Sequence record: NC_061440.1
DNA length: 64,000 nucleotides
Direction: 5' to 3' (one strand)
Made by a program: the position numbers and the translations under genes. Below are positions 30,511-40,072 of the stretch, in pieces (positions within the stretch are counted from its first letter, which is position 1; every line of letters begins with the position of its first letter). The notes under the pieces were generated by a model that was not told where the DNA came from, ran no database searches, and was given only the letters and a program-made list of their open reading frames with translations.

Positions 30511-31004
30511 TCACCCAGTTTAATATAGTTGTCGATTACAGACGTCCACACTCCAGGTACAGGCAGGTTTCGGTCAGCAGCGATATCAGAAAGCACGATA
30601 GCCAGTGCGTAAGCACGAAGCGGTTCGAGGCCTTCAAACTTATCACGCGTAAACACAGACGTGAGTTGTTCGTTGGTCAGCGTCTGATACTGCGCACGGT
30701 ACTCCGTCAAGTACAGGCGATACTTGCCGTCATCAACAGGAGTAGTGTCTGGTGTGCTCTGCACATACAGCAGTGCTTTACCCAGCGCGTCCAGAAGCAG
30801 CAGCAGATCGTTTTGATCGTACGGCGTAATTTCTGGAACGTTGGAACTGCCCATCAGTTCGAGGACCGAGTCAGGCAGTTGAATAGGCTCTTTCGCCTCA
30901 GAGATGGACTCGATAATCCCTTGAGCCGCATTTGCGTAGCGCTTATCGCTCGTCGCAATGCCAGACAGCAAGGAATGGAGCCGCGTATTTACGTCGTGCG
31001 TCAC
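30507..31004 (-). CDS. Hypothetical protein (about 165 aa)
   Basis: Start moved to GTG 31004 after AGGAG, which removes the overlap with the upstream gene. Confidence 0.7.
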   Translation of the reverse strand: MTHDVNTRLHSLLSGIATSDKRYANAAQGIIESISEAKEPIQLPDSVLELMGSSNVPEITPYDQNDLLLLLDALGKALLYVQSTPDTTPVDDGKYRLYLTEYRAQYQTLTNEQLTSVFTRDKFEGLEPLRAYALAIVLSDIAADRNLPVPGVWTSVIDNYIKLGE

Positions 31005-31014
31005 GGTTCTTCTC

Positions 31015-31797
31015 CTAGATAAAAATGCTCTTGACCAGAGAGTTGAGTCGCTTTTCCACGGCGTGTCGTTTGTGTGTCGAAAGGAAACAACACATACGGC
31101 GCGACTGTAGATGCAGCGCAATGGCATTGCCCTTGACGCGAGCGCAGTCAATCCCAAGGTCAATGTTCCACGGATGCCAAGCACGAGGTGCAAGCATCAC
31201 CTGTTGGATGTTCGGATAAGTGTCCATCAATACAGGAATCGCAGACTTTGCCAGTTTCTTGGTCAAATTATCAGTTTTGAACAAAGCCTTAGGCTGTTTG
31301 TTCGAAAACCAGTACGGAACCTGCTTGTGGAGTATCTCCCCGACTTTAGGAATGCCACCACGAGTAGTCTGAGGCACATACACCAGATAGATATCGATCG
31401 TGGTGTTGATGCAGTTCGCTACGCGGTTGTAATCGCTGTTAGTACGCGAATGCACCTCGGCCAGTCTGAACTTATTGCTGAACTCGATACGCTGCAACCA
31501 CTGGCGCAAGTCCTGATGCTGCAACTTGAGAAGGACACGGGCCTGCTCAAGAGAATGCTTAGTCACAGACGGGACTGGACGTATCAGATACTTCGTGGTA
31601 GTCTTAGACAGCGAGGACATGAAGCCTTCAACAACACGCTGCATACCAAGAGGCTGCGGCAGTGAGTGAAAGAGATCGACTGCGGTTTGGGTTGTGATGT
31701 ACGAACCCCACGCCTCAATATACTCAGGGTCAATGCAGTCTGGGAAAGCACGTAGGTTCAATCCTACTTCGGAGCCATATGTTTTCAAACGACTCAC
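31015..31797 (-). CDS. Hypothetical protein (260 aa)
   Basis: GGAGG SD; ATGA coupling. Confidence 0.7.
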   Translation of the reverse strand: MSRLKTYGSEVGLNLRAFPDCIDPEYIEAWGSYITTQTAVDLFHSLPQPLGMQRVVEGFMSSLSKTTTKYLIRPVPSVTKHSLEQARVLLKLQHQDLRQWLQRIEFSNKFRLAEVHSRTNSDYNRVANCINTTIDIYLVYVPQTTRGGIPKVGEILHKQVPYWFSNKQPKALFKTDNLTKKLAKSAIPVLMDTYPNIQQVMLAPRAWHPWNIDLGIDCARVKGNAIALHLQSRRMCCFLSTHKRHAVEKRLNSLVKSIFI

Positions 31798-32159
31798 TTT
31801 CTACCTCCGTGAAGCAATCGAGAGCCGCGTCGGTTTGCAGTACCGATTTGGTTATTGTCGCACGTATAGCAAAGCAGTTCAAGGTTATGCTTCATGTTCG
31901 AACCACCATTGGCATGTGCAACTTTATGGTTGAGAATCAATTCGCGTGTGGGCTTACCACAGCGCTCGCAGTAGTAACCACGCTCGTCGATGATGCTCAT
32001 CTTGAGTTTGGTCCAGTCTGCTCTGTCCATGCGAACGTGTGTACCTGCACGGGCACGTTCAAATCCCGTTACGCCAGCAAGACGTTGGGAAGTAGACAGA
32101 GTACGTCCACGCCCACCTTGCGTTCGAGCGGCGATGCCGCCTCTTGGTCTGTATGCCAT
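31794..32159 (-). CDS. HNH endonuclease-family protein (121 aa)
   Basis: CERCG..LNHK...GGSN...NL..LCYTC. Confidence 0.8.
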   Translation of the reverse strand: MAYRPRGGIAARTQGGRGRTLSTSQRLAGVTGFERARAGTHVRMDRADWTKLKMSIIDERGYYCERCGKPTRELILNHKVAHANGGSNMKHNLELLCYTCDNNQIGTANRRGSRLLHGGRK

Positions 32160-32181
32160 GATGTTCTCCTAAATACAATGA

Positions 32182-32190
32182 TATTTACAG
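32182..32190 (-). promoter_or_regulatory. CTGTAAATA promoter-like motif upstream of HNH
   Basis: Recurrent 9-mer followed by AGGAG and ATG. Confidence 0.6.
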
Positions 32191-32192
32191 AC

Positions 32193-33005
32193 TTATGCAG
32201 AGGCGGAGAAGATCTGTACCGTCTTATCCAGACCAGCTTGATAGGACTGTTCGATATCTTTGGCCGAACGGCTGATAATCTGCTTAGTTGAGTTAGACGC
32301 AGCAGCAATCAATTCAACAGGCAGGTTCTTTTTGTTCCATGCGTTAATCTGGTGGAATACTGAAACGAGAACGGTACCAGCAGACTCGGCAAACGGACCA
32401 AGCACCTCAGCATTGAGGATTTCAGCCAACTGACCAACATCGCGCAGCGCACGAAGGTCAGCAATGATTTCGCGCATCTGGTCATAGAGTTTCATCAGCG
32501 CATAAATATCACGACTCTGTTTCTTTTGCAGATACAGGTTTTCACACTCACGCGCCATAGCCTGACACTGCTTGAACATGGTCATGTATTCTTGAATCTG
32601 GTCATTCTCCTGCTTGATGGCGTCAGGGATATCAGCCATGACCTCCATCAATTGACCTTCAAGCACGGCAACATCAGTGCCAAGCGCTTTCCTGTCTTTC
32701 TTTTTCTTCTTCTTGATGACCTCGACGGCGTTCTCTTTTTTCTTTTTCTTCTTCGCTTTCGGTTTGTCTTCAATGGAAGCGATTGCCTTTTGGGTACTGG
32801 CGATATCAGCGTAAAGTTCTTCTGGGTTAAGCACACCAGGCATGATATCACTCGAAGGGTCTTTCTTTTTCTTCTTTTTGACCTTCACGCCTTTGCTAAC
32901 TGTCTTAGCTTTAACGGCGGTGGTCTTAGCTTTCACTTTCGCTTTGCCTTTCTTTTTAGCAGGCTGTGCGTAAGAGCCAATGTCATCCAAGCTTATGGCC
33001 GCCAT
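32193..33005 (-). CDS. Hypothetical protein with poly-Lys N-half and helical C-half (270 aa)
   Basis: ORF with several KKKKKK runs. Confidence 0.7.
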   Translation of the reverse strand: MAAISLDDIGSYAQPAKKKGKAKVKAKTTAVKAKTVSKGVKVKKKKKKDPSSDIMPGVLNPEELYADIASTQKAIASIEDKPKAKKKKKKENAVEVIKKKKKKDRKALGTDVAVLEGQLMEVMADIPDAIKQENDQIQEYMTMFKQCQAMARECENLYLQKKQSRDIYALMKLYDQMREIIADLRALRDVGQLAEILNAEVLGPFAESAGTVLVSVFHQINAWNKKNLPVELIAAASNSTKQIISRSAKDIEQSYQAGLDKTVQIFSASA

Positions 33006-33027
33006 GTGAAAATCCTCTGTAGAAACG

Positions 33028-33055
33028 AAAAAGGGAACCCCGCGAGGCTCCCTTT
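33028..33055 (-). terminator. Rho-independent terminator
   Basis: GC hairpin followed by a T run. Confidence 0.7.
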
Positions 33056-33064
33056 AGGGTTTGA

Positions 33065-33871
33065 TTAGAAGCTGTGACCTTTGATGATACCAGCAATCTT
33101 GCTGTAGTAGTCCGGGCTGTAACGGAATACCTGAGCGTAGTAGCTCAACAGCTTAGGCACGTCAACGCCAGCAGCGGCAGACACGCTATCGACAGCAGGG
33201 AACTGGTTAGGGTCCAGCTCGTCACCAGACAGTACAGCAACCATAGACATGGAGCTGATCTGTTCTTCGTTACCCTGCTCGTCAACCACCAGCATGGTGT
33301 TGTCGTCGGTAACGTTAGCAGCAACGAAGCCAACTTTCAGGTCACCGCTGTTTGATACGAAGCTGACCATATCGCCACCAACAGCAGCGGCCAGAATCGC
33401 TTCATTGCGCAGGATAGCCTGAGCCAGTTCAGGACGCTGGGCAGCAAAGTTAACGCCCTGTGCGCCACTGACAGAACGAATCATATCGATCAGTTCGGCG
33501 TTATCGTTAGCAGAGCTATCGCGTACCAGAACGTCTTCGCCAGATTCAGAACGACGGACATGCCACATGCGCTCGCTCTTGTCCATGTACATGTTCTTAG
33601 ACAGTGCCTGGAACTGGTCGCCCATCTGAGACACAGGAATGATATCCTGCATACGGTTCATGATGGTGCGCACGAAGCTGGTGGTCTTGCCGCCTTCGAT
33701 CAGAGTCGAAGCGCCTTCAACTGGCAGGAACTCGCGGTCGCAGGAAGCGCTCACGATTGCGCCGAAGTTGTCAGCGATGTTCTCACCGTGTGAGTGAGTT
33801 AATTGCACGATAGCCACGCTCTGGTTGTCGTTGAGCTGGTCAATCTGTTTGATGAAAGCCTTCATTGTCAT
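33065..33871 (-). CDS. Putative virion structural protein (268 aa)
   Basis: AGGAG SD, CTAATTT upstream, and internal SVSA/SVSG motifs. Confidence 0.6.
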   Translation of the reverse strand: MTMKAFIKQIDQLNDNQSVAIVQLTHSHGENIADNFGAIVSASCDREFLPVEGASTLIEGGKTTSFVRTIMNRMQDIIPVSQMGDQFQALSKNMYMDKSERMWHVRRSESGEDVLVRDSSANDNAELIDMIRSVSGAQGVNFAAQRPELAQAILRNEAILAAAVGGDMVSFVSNSGDLKVGFVAANVTDDNTMLVVDEQGNEEQISSMSMVAVLSGDELDPNQFPAVDSVSAAAGVDVPKLLSYYAQVFRYSPDYYSKIAGIIKGHSF

Positions 33872-33894
33872 CTCCTGAATAGTTCGACAATATG

Positions 33895-33901
33895 AAATTA
33901 G
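33895..33901 (-). promoter_or_regulatory. CTAATTT promoter-like motif
   Basis: Recurrent intergenic 7-mer upstream of structural genes. Confidence 0.55.
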
Positions 33902-33912
33902 TATTTCGAGGG

Positions 33913-35109
33913 TTAGCCAGTGACGCGATAACGTGCATTGACCCAGATACTGCGGTTACCAACAGTAGCCCATTTGGTGGTTGGGCTGTTTGTGATGCCG
34001 AGCTTGCCGAGTGAACGTGCACCGTCAATCGCATTGGCACCCTGAGAACCATCACCGTCGTTTATTCCGGCTTTAGACAGCTTGTTCTTCAAGTTCGTAA
34101 CAGGACCTTGTATCTCTGTCTCAAGTCTGCCTAACGCAGATTCAATTGACGGAGTACGGTCCATGTTTAAGTTAACGACCTGACCTGTGAAGTCAAACGC
34201 TAACTGGCCCTCTGCCTGTAGTTGCGCGGCGAGAGCATAATACGAAGCGCAGATAACCCAACCGTTAAGAATGGTTCCCTGCATGTTCGTACCGTTGAAG
34301 CCTGTAACACGAGGACCAATCGTGTTGAACAACGCAAGTCCACGATACAAGTAGTTCATGATATCAGCCTGAGTGTATTCCAACTCAGGGATAACGTTCA
34401 TTGCTCGGGCTTTGTTGATGTGGTCTTCAACCATTGACGCTGCGATAAGAATCTGCGGCGTTACAACCCAGAGCTTGTACGTGAACATCTTCGTGGTCTT
34501 GCGTGTGTTCGAAGTATGCTGTGCGATTAAGCTGATAGGCTCCAATCGACGAACAGCAACCCAGACAGGAATCTGGAACACGCAGGTCTTGGCGCGGTTC
34601 ACAACCATCTTCACACCAGAATCGCCAGAGTCGATATCAGATGCGATGATTTGGTTGTTGAGTGCCAGTTGGAATTTCAGCTTATCGCCTCGCGTGTCGT
34701 AGTGAAACGGTAACGTCATCTCAAACGTTTCGTCATCACCGAACAGGCATACGATATCTGTCACACGGTTTTCAGTCAGTGGCTCAACGATGAGTTCCTG
34801 ACGGGACTGCATGATTCCTTCTTCGGACTCATAGCGCCATGAAAGCAGCAGACGCTTATCGTCCACCAGCCCCATGTTCGGCACGGCAACATCAGCGGTC
34901 CAGGCGCCAGGAATTTCACCAGGCGTTGCAACCACTTGAGCCAGTACCGATCTATCTTCGGGATCAATGAGGCTTACTACAGGCCCCATGTCATCCGATA
35001 GTGGGTACAGAGGTTCGTCGAGGTCGTTATAGAAACTTTCCTCGACTACCAGTACGTTACCTTCTGTTGTGCGCATATCAGTCTGCCTTAGTGAGTCCCA
35101 GATACTCAA
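33913..35109 (-). CDS. Putative neck/head-tail adaptor protein (398 aa)
   Basis: The C-terminal half (YT..DI..YL..G...FN...AL....AEG...FDF.G) resembles head-completion adaptors; located among structural genes. Confidence 0.45.
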   Translation of the reverse strand: MSIWDSLRQTDMRTTEGNVLVVEESFYNDLDEPLYPLSDDMGPVVSLIDPEDRSVLAQVVATPGEIPGAWTADVAVPNMGLVDDKRLLLSWRYESEEGIMQSRQELIVEPLTENRVTDIVCLFGDDETFEMTLPFHYDTRGDKLKFQLALNNQIIASDIDSGDSGVKMVVNRAKTCVFQIPVWVAVRRLEPISLIAQHTSNTRKTTKMFTYKLWVVTPQILIAASMVEDHINKARAMNVIPELEYTQADIMNYLYRGLALFNTIGPRVTGFNGTNMQGTILNGWVICASYYALAAQLQAEGQLAFDFTGQVVNLNMDRTPSIESALGRLETEIQGPVTNLKNKLSKAGINDGDGSQGANAIDGARSLGKLGITNSPTTKWATVGNRSIWVNARYRVTG

Positions 35110-36184
35110 TCAGATTGCGTAGCTGGTCGTTATACCCACCTTCGATTAGCGCTCTCGCCATTGACACGTGGTTGGAGTTCGCTGTACGCACTACCTTAGC
35201 CTGATAGTCAGGAACGTTTTGCATGTTCTGATTCAGGTTGTAGAAGTAGCTACGCACGAAGTTCGTTCGTTCCACGTTACTCGCTTCCATATCGCTGGTG
35301 TCCTGTGTAGGAGTCAGCAACAGGTAGAGGGCAGCAAGCAGTTCAGGACTCTGATCAACAATCGGCGAGGCGAGCGAAGCAGCAATCTTCATCAGGCCTT
35401 TTGCAACGAAGTCAACCACAGTCTTCTCGATGTACGCCGTGCCAGCTTTGCCCACGTTAGGCAGATACAGGCCAGGCAGAATGAAGATACAGAAGTACAG
35501 CGGAAAGTCTTTACGCATCACGTCGGGGATAAGCATCTCCGAGTAATCTTTCCAGATGTTCACGTTGAAGTGCCACTCATCGTATGGCACTGTACGCATC
35601 AGGTTCGATACCGATAGGTCTTTCACTTGGTTCGCCTGCGATGCAAGATCGCGAGCGCTCTGCGAAGGAGCAAGGTTCGAACTCGATACCAGTTGAACGT
35701 AGTTGCGGGTGACAACACCCACAGTGTTATACGTCACATTCAACATCTCAACGCCGTTACCGTTCAGGCCGAAGATAACAGAACGAGGAAGACCGATAGT
35801 GATGTACTCGTTGTTATTGTCCACGCCCCACAAGCGCCAGTAACGCCCGCGACCAAGTTGAGTCATAGGCTGCGGGAGAATACGGTTGGCGCGAGCTTTC
35901 AGGCAGAACGTGAAACAGATACCGCTGTCAATCATAATCACCGAATCATCTGGACGATTCGAATAACCCATCGACATATCGTTATCGGTACTGTACACGT
36001 TTACCAGAGTGAAGTTCTGAGCCTTAGTGAAAGGCATCTGCGCTTCAATCAAATAGCCGAGGACTTGTCGCAGGATAGTATCGAGCACATAAGGAGAAGC
36101 AGAACGCATTTGCTGTGGACGATACTGACCACTATACGTGTTCTCCTTGAATGTGCGATCTACCTTGAAGTGCGTCAACGCCAT
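35078..36184 (-). CDS. Putative virion structural protein (368 aa)
   Basis: Long ORF with TAATG coupling. Confidence 0.65.
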   Translation of the reverse strand: MALTHFKVDRTFKENTYSGQYRPQQMRSASPYVLDTILRQVLGYLIEAQMPFTKAQNFTLVNVYSTDNDMSMGYSNRPDDSVIMIDSGICFTFCLKARANRILPQPMTQLGRGRYWRLWGVDNNNEYITIGLPRSVIFGLNGNGVEMLNVTYNTVGVVTRNYVQLVSSSNLAPSQSARDLASQANQVKDLSVSNLMRTVPYDEWHFNVNIWKDYSEMLIPDVMRKDFPLYFCIFILPGLYLPNVGKAGTAYIEKTVVDFVAKGLMKIAASLASPIVDQSPELLAALYLLLTPTQDTSDMEASNVERTNFVRSYFYNLNQNMQNVPDYQAKVVRTANSNHVSMARALIEGGYNDQLRNLIEYLGLTKAD

Positions 36185-37479
36185 TACTTAACCGACTGCT
36201 TGAGCAAACGTTTCTGCTGCGGGTTCAGGCCCATAACGTCTGCGATCTCATCGATCTTACGCAGCGTCAACACGCCTTTAGCAGTACCGCCAGAACCTGT
36301 CAGGCTGACCTTAACGAACTCGCGTCCGTTACGACCGTTAACGATCTGGTGAATGATACTGTTCTTACCGCCGCGGCCAGCGCGAAGTGCGGTGCTCGCC
36401 ATGCCCAGAATTTCGGTGATAGCTTCTTTCTTCTCGGTCGGGCTGAGGCCCTGCACCAGACGAACATACAGGCTATCATTCTGCACACGCACGTTGTCGA
36501 AGATCTCTTTCTTACGACCACGAATATCGTGTTGAGCATTACCCAGCTGAGTTGTATCCCGCAGGTTCTGAGTAGAGCGGTTGATTGGCTTACGTTCGCT
36601 GTAGTTCAGGAAGCCGTCAACAGCCATGAGCTGGTTGATAGTACGCTTCATTTCTGGAGCAGTAGCAATCAGACGACCCATAGGGAATGACCCAGGAACT
36701 TTCTCGTCAACGAGTGACGTCAGGAAGTTCTCACTGATACCGCTTGCAACCGCGATCGTGGTAGACAGCACCAGAGCGTAGTTCGGATAATGCAGGCCTT
36801 CTGAGTTCACGAAGTTATCAATGAACACATAGGTCTGGAAGCAGATAGGGTCAGTACCCGACGCGATGAAGGTACGTGTACGAATCTTCGAATAGTCTTC
36901 TTTATTCAGAATCTTCGACAGGTAGTTAGCGATAGTCGCAGCCAGCTTGGTGTGTTCTTTCGGAGCGCCATTCTTAACGTCGATGCTCATCAGTTTGACC
37001 AGCTTCTGCTGTTGGTTCTTCGCTTGCTCGATGACGCTCAACAGGCTCTTGGCAGCGGCATTCTGATCTTTGAACGCGCTGAAAGTTTTGCTGCTGAGAA
37101 TCTGGTAGGCAACAGACAGTTCACCGATTGCCTGAGAGAGATTGCTCACCTGTTGGTTGTACTGTGCTTTAGAACGCACGTCAGTGATATCAATCTTCGT
37201 CAGGTCAATAACCTGGTTGAGGTCAATCGCTTTAGCCTGTTTGCCTTTGATTTTACCTTCGAGATCTGCCAGCTCAACAGCCTTAGGGCTAGCGCTGACA
37301 GACAGGAGTTTCTTCGGAATAGTGACTGAGGTGGCATTAGCGATTACTTTATCAAGTACATTACGGAATTCTTTCGCTGTGCGAGCACCACGCAGGGCAG
37401 CCATATTCCCAGAGTTATAGTCAACAGATGCGCTGATACTGCTAACTTCATTGTTTTTGGCAGTCTTAGCCATGATCAT
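36184..37479 (-). CDS. Putative virion/head protein with N-terminal SSISA tag (431 aa)
   Basis: GAGGA SD, CTAATTT upstream, and SISA and SVSA motifs. Confidence 0.65.
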   Translation of the reverse strand: MIMAKTAKNNEVSSISASVDYNSGNMAALRGARTAKEFRNVLDKVIANATSVTIPKKLLSVSASPKAVELADLEGKIKGKQAKAIDLNQVIDLTKIDITDVRSKAQYNQQVSNLSQAIGELSVAYQILSSKTFSAFKDQNAAAKSLLSVIEQAKNQQQKLVKLMSIDVKNGAPKEHTKLAATIANYLSKILNKEDYSKIRTRTFIASGTDPICFQTYVFIDNFVNSEGLHYPNYALVLSTTIAVASGISENFLTSLVDEKVPGSFPMGRLIATAPEMKRTINQLMAVDGFLNYSERKPINRSTQNLRDTTQLGNAQHDIRGRKKEIFDNVRVQNDSLYVRLVQGLSPTEKKEAITEILGMASTALRAGRGGKNSIIHQIVNGRNGREFVKVSLTGSGGTAKGVLTLRKIDEIADVMGLNPQQKRLLKQSVK

Positions 37480-37511
37480 CCTCTACTGGGTCTATTATTC
37501 ATGTCGAGTAA

Positions 37512-37518
37512 AAATTAG
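37512..37518 (-). promoter_or_regulatory. CTAATTT promoter-like motif
   Basis: Recurrent motif. Confidence 0.55.
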
Positions 37519-37586
37519 CGACTAAGGTCAGTTTTACCCAACATAGTATACTCGAACACTTTACAAATTTTGGGTGCAGAAACGAC

Positions 37587-37614
37587 AAAAGGGGCAGCCG
37601 AAGCCACCCCTTTT
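37587..37614 (-). terminator. Rho-independent terminator
   Basis: GGGGTGGC-TTCG-GCTGCCCC followed by a T run; core identical to the one at 10678. Confidence 0.8.
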
Positions 37615-37644
37615 GTTTTTGTAACGTCATACCGACCAGGTCGA

Positions 37645-38316
37645 TTAAACGACTACTTTACCTTTTGCTTTGGTCTTAGCGGCTTTCTTGCCACCAGCTT
37701 TTTGCGCTGCGGTACCTTTGTGCTTAACCTGTTTAGCGGTAGTTTCTTTACCACCTTTCAGACGCGGCAGAGGTTTCAGCTTAGGCTTGACCAGAGTTAC
37801 GGCTTTCGGTGCTACTTTCGGAGTCACCAGTTTGCCGTCTTTGATGCTTGGCTTACGTGCTTTGCGCGCGGCCAGACGGGCTTTCTGTTTCAGGATCAGG
37901 TTTTTGTAACCAGCTTTCTGTTTAGCAGCCAGGTTGCTCTTAGCAACAGCCTGACGTTTCAGCAGGAGCTTACGCACTTTACCCTGGGAAACAGCGGTCG
38001 CTTTCAGGCCAGCCTGGTATTTAGCCAGACGTTCCTTCAGGCGCTGCTCGATGGATTTCGCTTTGCCTTTCTTAGCCTGCTTACGCAGGTGAGTTGCACG
38101 TTCGTTGTCGTACTTCTTCTCGGAAGCGGTACGCTTAGGTGCAGCTTTCTTAGGCTTAGCAGCCTTAGGCGCAGCGGTTTTCTTCGCAGCTTTCGGCTTA
38201 GCAGCCTTAGGAGCAGCGGCTTTCTTAGCAGCAGGTTTTTTACCAGCGGCTTTCTTAGCCTTGGAGCCGCCTTTAACCGGGTCGGTCGGGGAAGTGGTTT
38301 TGCGTTTTACGGCCAT
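37645..38316 (-). CDS. Histone H1-like Lys/Ala/Pro-rich DNA-binding protein (223 aa)
   Basis: AAPKAAKPK repeats and extreme K/A content; GAGGA SD. Confidence 0.75.
   Translation of the reverse strand: MAVKRKTTSPTDPVKGGSKAKKAAGKKPAAKKAAAPKAAKPKAAKKTAAPKAAKPKKAAPKRTASEKKYDNERATHLRKQAKKGKAKSIEQRLKERLAKYQAGLKATAVSQGKVRKLLLKRQAVAKSNLAAKQKAGYKNLILKQKARLAARKARKPSIKDGKLVTPKVAPKAVTLVKPKLKPLPRLKGGKETTAKQVKHKGTAAQKAGGKKAAKTKAKGKVVV
38153..38211. repeat. 17-bp direct repeat (ggcttagcagccttagg) at 42-bp period within the H1-like gene
   Basis: Copies at 38153-38169 and 38195-38211. Confidence 0.8.
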
Positions 38317-38386
38317 GATTATATCCTCAAGTTACAATTGAACTTTCGTCCTTCGGGACATTAAAGTTTTTGAAATCAGCATGTAA

Positions 38387-38393
38387 AAATTAG
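38387..38393 (-). promoter_or_regulatory. CTAATTT promoter-like motif
   Basis: Recurrent motif. Confidence 0.55.
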
Positions 38394-38436
38394 TATAATC
38401 TCTCCAGGATTCCTGAGGAAATTTCCTAAAAACTTT

Positions 38437-39510
38437 TTACATAGCAGTATACCCTATTTCAGATAACACCGCGTTAAGTTCCTTGCGAGCACTAACCCGC
38501 AAAGACTTTTTAATTCCAGAAGCCTTCAGGTATTCCTTTAGGCCATCACGTGGGTCAATATCCGCAAGCGCCAGCTCGCTAACATCAACTGTATCTATAT
38601 TATCGAGATCGACACGTTTATTCGTGGAATTTATTTGGGAAATATTTGGAACGCGAGTACGAATATCTGCTGGGATTGACACCGTATCTTTGACGACAAC
38701 ACGATATCGAATCGCAGGGTTTACCTCAAGGCGTGACCAATCCTTTTGGTTTTCAATCACAACTGTTTCGAGTCTAAAGCCTGGCTTACTATCGACAAAC
38801 TTACGCTTAACCACCAGCTCTTTGTTCTTGTACTGCGCACGGATATGAATGAATCCTTTCGGTAATGCTTCTCCAAACGTTTTCTGATACGGCGAACCAC
38901 AATACTCGAAGCGTTTCTTCTCCAGCACCTGAGCCAAGTGGATGTGCCCACTGATTGTGTAATCGCGTGGGTCTACTTTGATATCGTGTTTCGTCTTGAG
39001 TGGACGACCGTTATCGCCAAGAGCGCCAACAGCTTCAACGTGGCAGAAGTTAAGGCATGGCTTCTTGTGCTTGATACTTTCTCTTGCAGGGTGAGCCAAG
39101 AAGTTAACCACGATACCGTCAATCTCTACCTGCTCTGGACGAAGATATATGTGCAGAGACTTGAGGAAGTCCCATTCACAAAACGTTTTGATAAGGTCCA
39201 CACTGGTGCTCGTCATATCCGCCCAGTCATGGTTGCCACCACAATACCACGTATCAATGATGCCGTCATACTTCAAGAAGAACTGGAGCAGCTTACGCTT
39301 CGTATCATCGTCCATCTTGAACTTGTCAGTGATATCACCAGGAACAAAGATGTGTTTGATGCCGTGCTCCAGTGCGTACTGATAGATACGGTCGATCGTT
39401 TCAAGCTGACGGTCAATGTGATCAACAGGGAAGTGACTCGACAGGCCTTCTAAGTGCCAGTCAGAAGTTACAAGCGCTTCAAGGAAAGCCGCTACTTTGT
39501 TCTTTTTCAT
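38437..39510 (-). CDS. sbcD: SbcD/Mre11-like metallophosphoesterase nuclease (357 aa)
   Basis: SDWHL, PGDITD, GGNHD, CHV and SGHIH motifs. Confidence 0.9.
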   Translation of the reverse strand: MKKNKVAAFLEALVTSDWHLEGLSSHFPVDHIDRQLETIDRIYQYALEHGIKHIFVPGDITDKFKMDDDTKRKLLQFFLKYDGIIDTWYCGGNHDWADMTSTSVDLIKTFCEWDFLKSLHIYLRPEQVEIDGIVVNFLAHPARESIKHKKPCLNFCHVEAVGALGDNGRPLKTKHDIKVDPRDYTISGHIHLAQVLEKKRFEYCGSPYQKTFGEALPKGFIHIRAQYKNKELVVKRKFVDSKPGFRLETVVIENQKDWSRLEVNPAIRYRVVVKDTVSIPADIRTRVPNISQINSTNKRVDLDNIDTVDVSELALADIDPRDGLKEYLKASGIKKSLRVSARKELNAVLSEIGYTAM

Positions 39511-39538
39511 TGGTGTAATCCACAGGTTTCAATGTCGT

Positions 39539-40054
39539 CTATTTACAGAATCGGCTCTGGAATTTCTGCCAATCTTTCCACCAGTACTCTACGCGCCTTC
39601 CGTTTCGAAGCGCATAGTCGATGCAGTTCTGTGTGCCAGACGGTGCACCACAACATAGAGCGATCAGACGGTCTGTGTTGTCTACCATGAAATGGTTCCG
39701 CTTGTTTAGCGCAAACACCTCTTGCCCATCCATATGTACCCAGTCCTCTTTGGACGTCACGATATGAACTTCGTGGCTTTTATTCAACAGACCGTCAAGC
39801 TCAAACACACTAGACATATTCCAGCGGTTATTAAATCCGATATAAGGGATACATGACACAACACGGTGTCCTTGCTCGATAGCAGCAGTGGCGATTGCCA
39901 TGTCAAAGCCGAGAGCGCAACCAACCCAAATTTCAGTGTCGTTCTCGATACGCAGCAATCTTCTATGAGCAAAAGTATAGAGGCGGCGTTTTGCCTCAGG
40001 GCCGAAGCCACCCAGATACTGTGGGCGATGACCGGTGAAGGATAGTTTTTCCAT
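39539..40054 (-). CDS. SLOG superfamily protein, YspA/DUF1273-like (171 aa)
   Basis: SFTGHRP, GCALGFD, RNHFMVD and SGT.NC..YA. Confidence 0.85.
   Translation of the reverse strand: MEKLSFTGHRPQYLGGFGPEAKRRLYTFAHRRLLRIENDTEIWVGCALGFDMAIATAAIEQGHRVVSCIPYIGFNNRWNMSSVFELDGLLNKSHEVHIVTSKEDWVHMDGQEVFALNKRNHFMVDNTDRLIALCCGAPSGTQNCIDYALRNGRRVEYWWKDWQKFQSRFCK
39540..39548 (-). promoter_or_regulatory. CTGTAAATA promoter-like motif upstream of SbcD
   Basis: Recurrent 9-mer. Confidence 0.55.
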
Positions 40055-40060
40055 GCTCTG

Positions 40061-40069
40061 TATTTACAG
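40061..40069 (-). promoter_or_regulatory. CTGTAAATA motif 6 nt upstream of the SLOG ATG (possible leaderless mRNA)
   Basis: No SD between the motif and the ATG. Confidence 0.5.
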
Positions 40070-40072
40070 AAC

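Noticed and set aside
31005-31193. N-terminal extension of ORF 30507-31193
   Set aside because: Overlaps the upstream gene; the GTG at 31004 has a strong AGGAG SD
38325-38385. GUCC-CGAA-GGAC-GAAA looks like hammerhead stem II plus core
   Set aside because: The required CUGANGA directly 5' of stem II is absent (CUUUAAU) and I found no stem I
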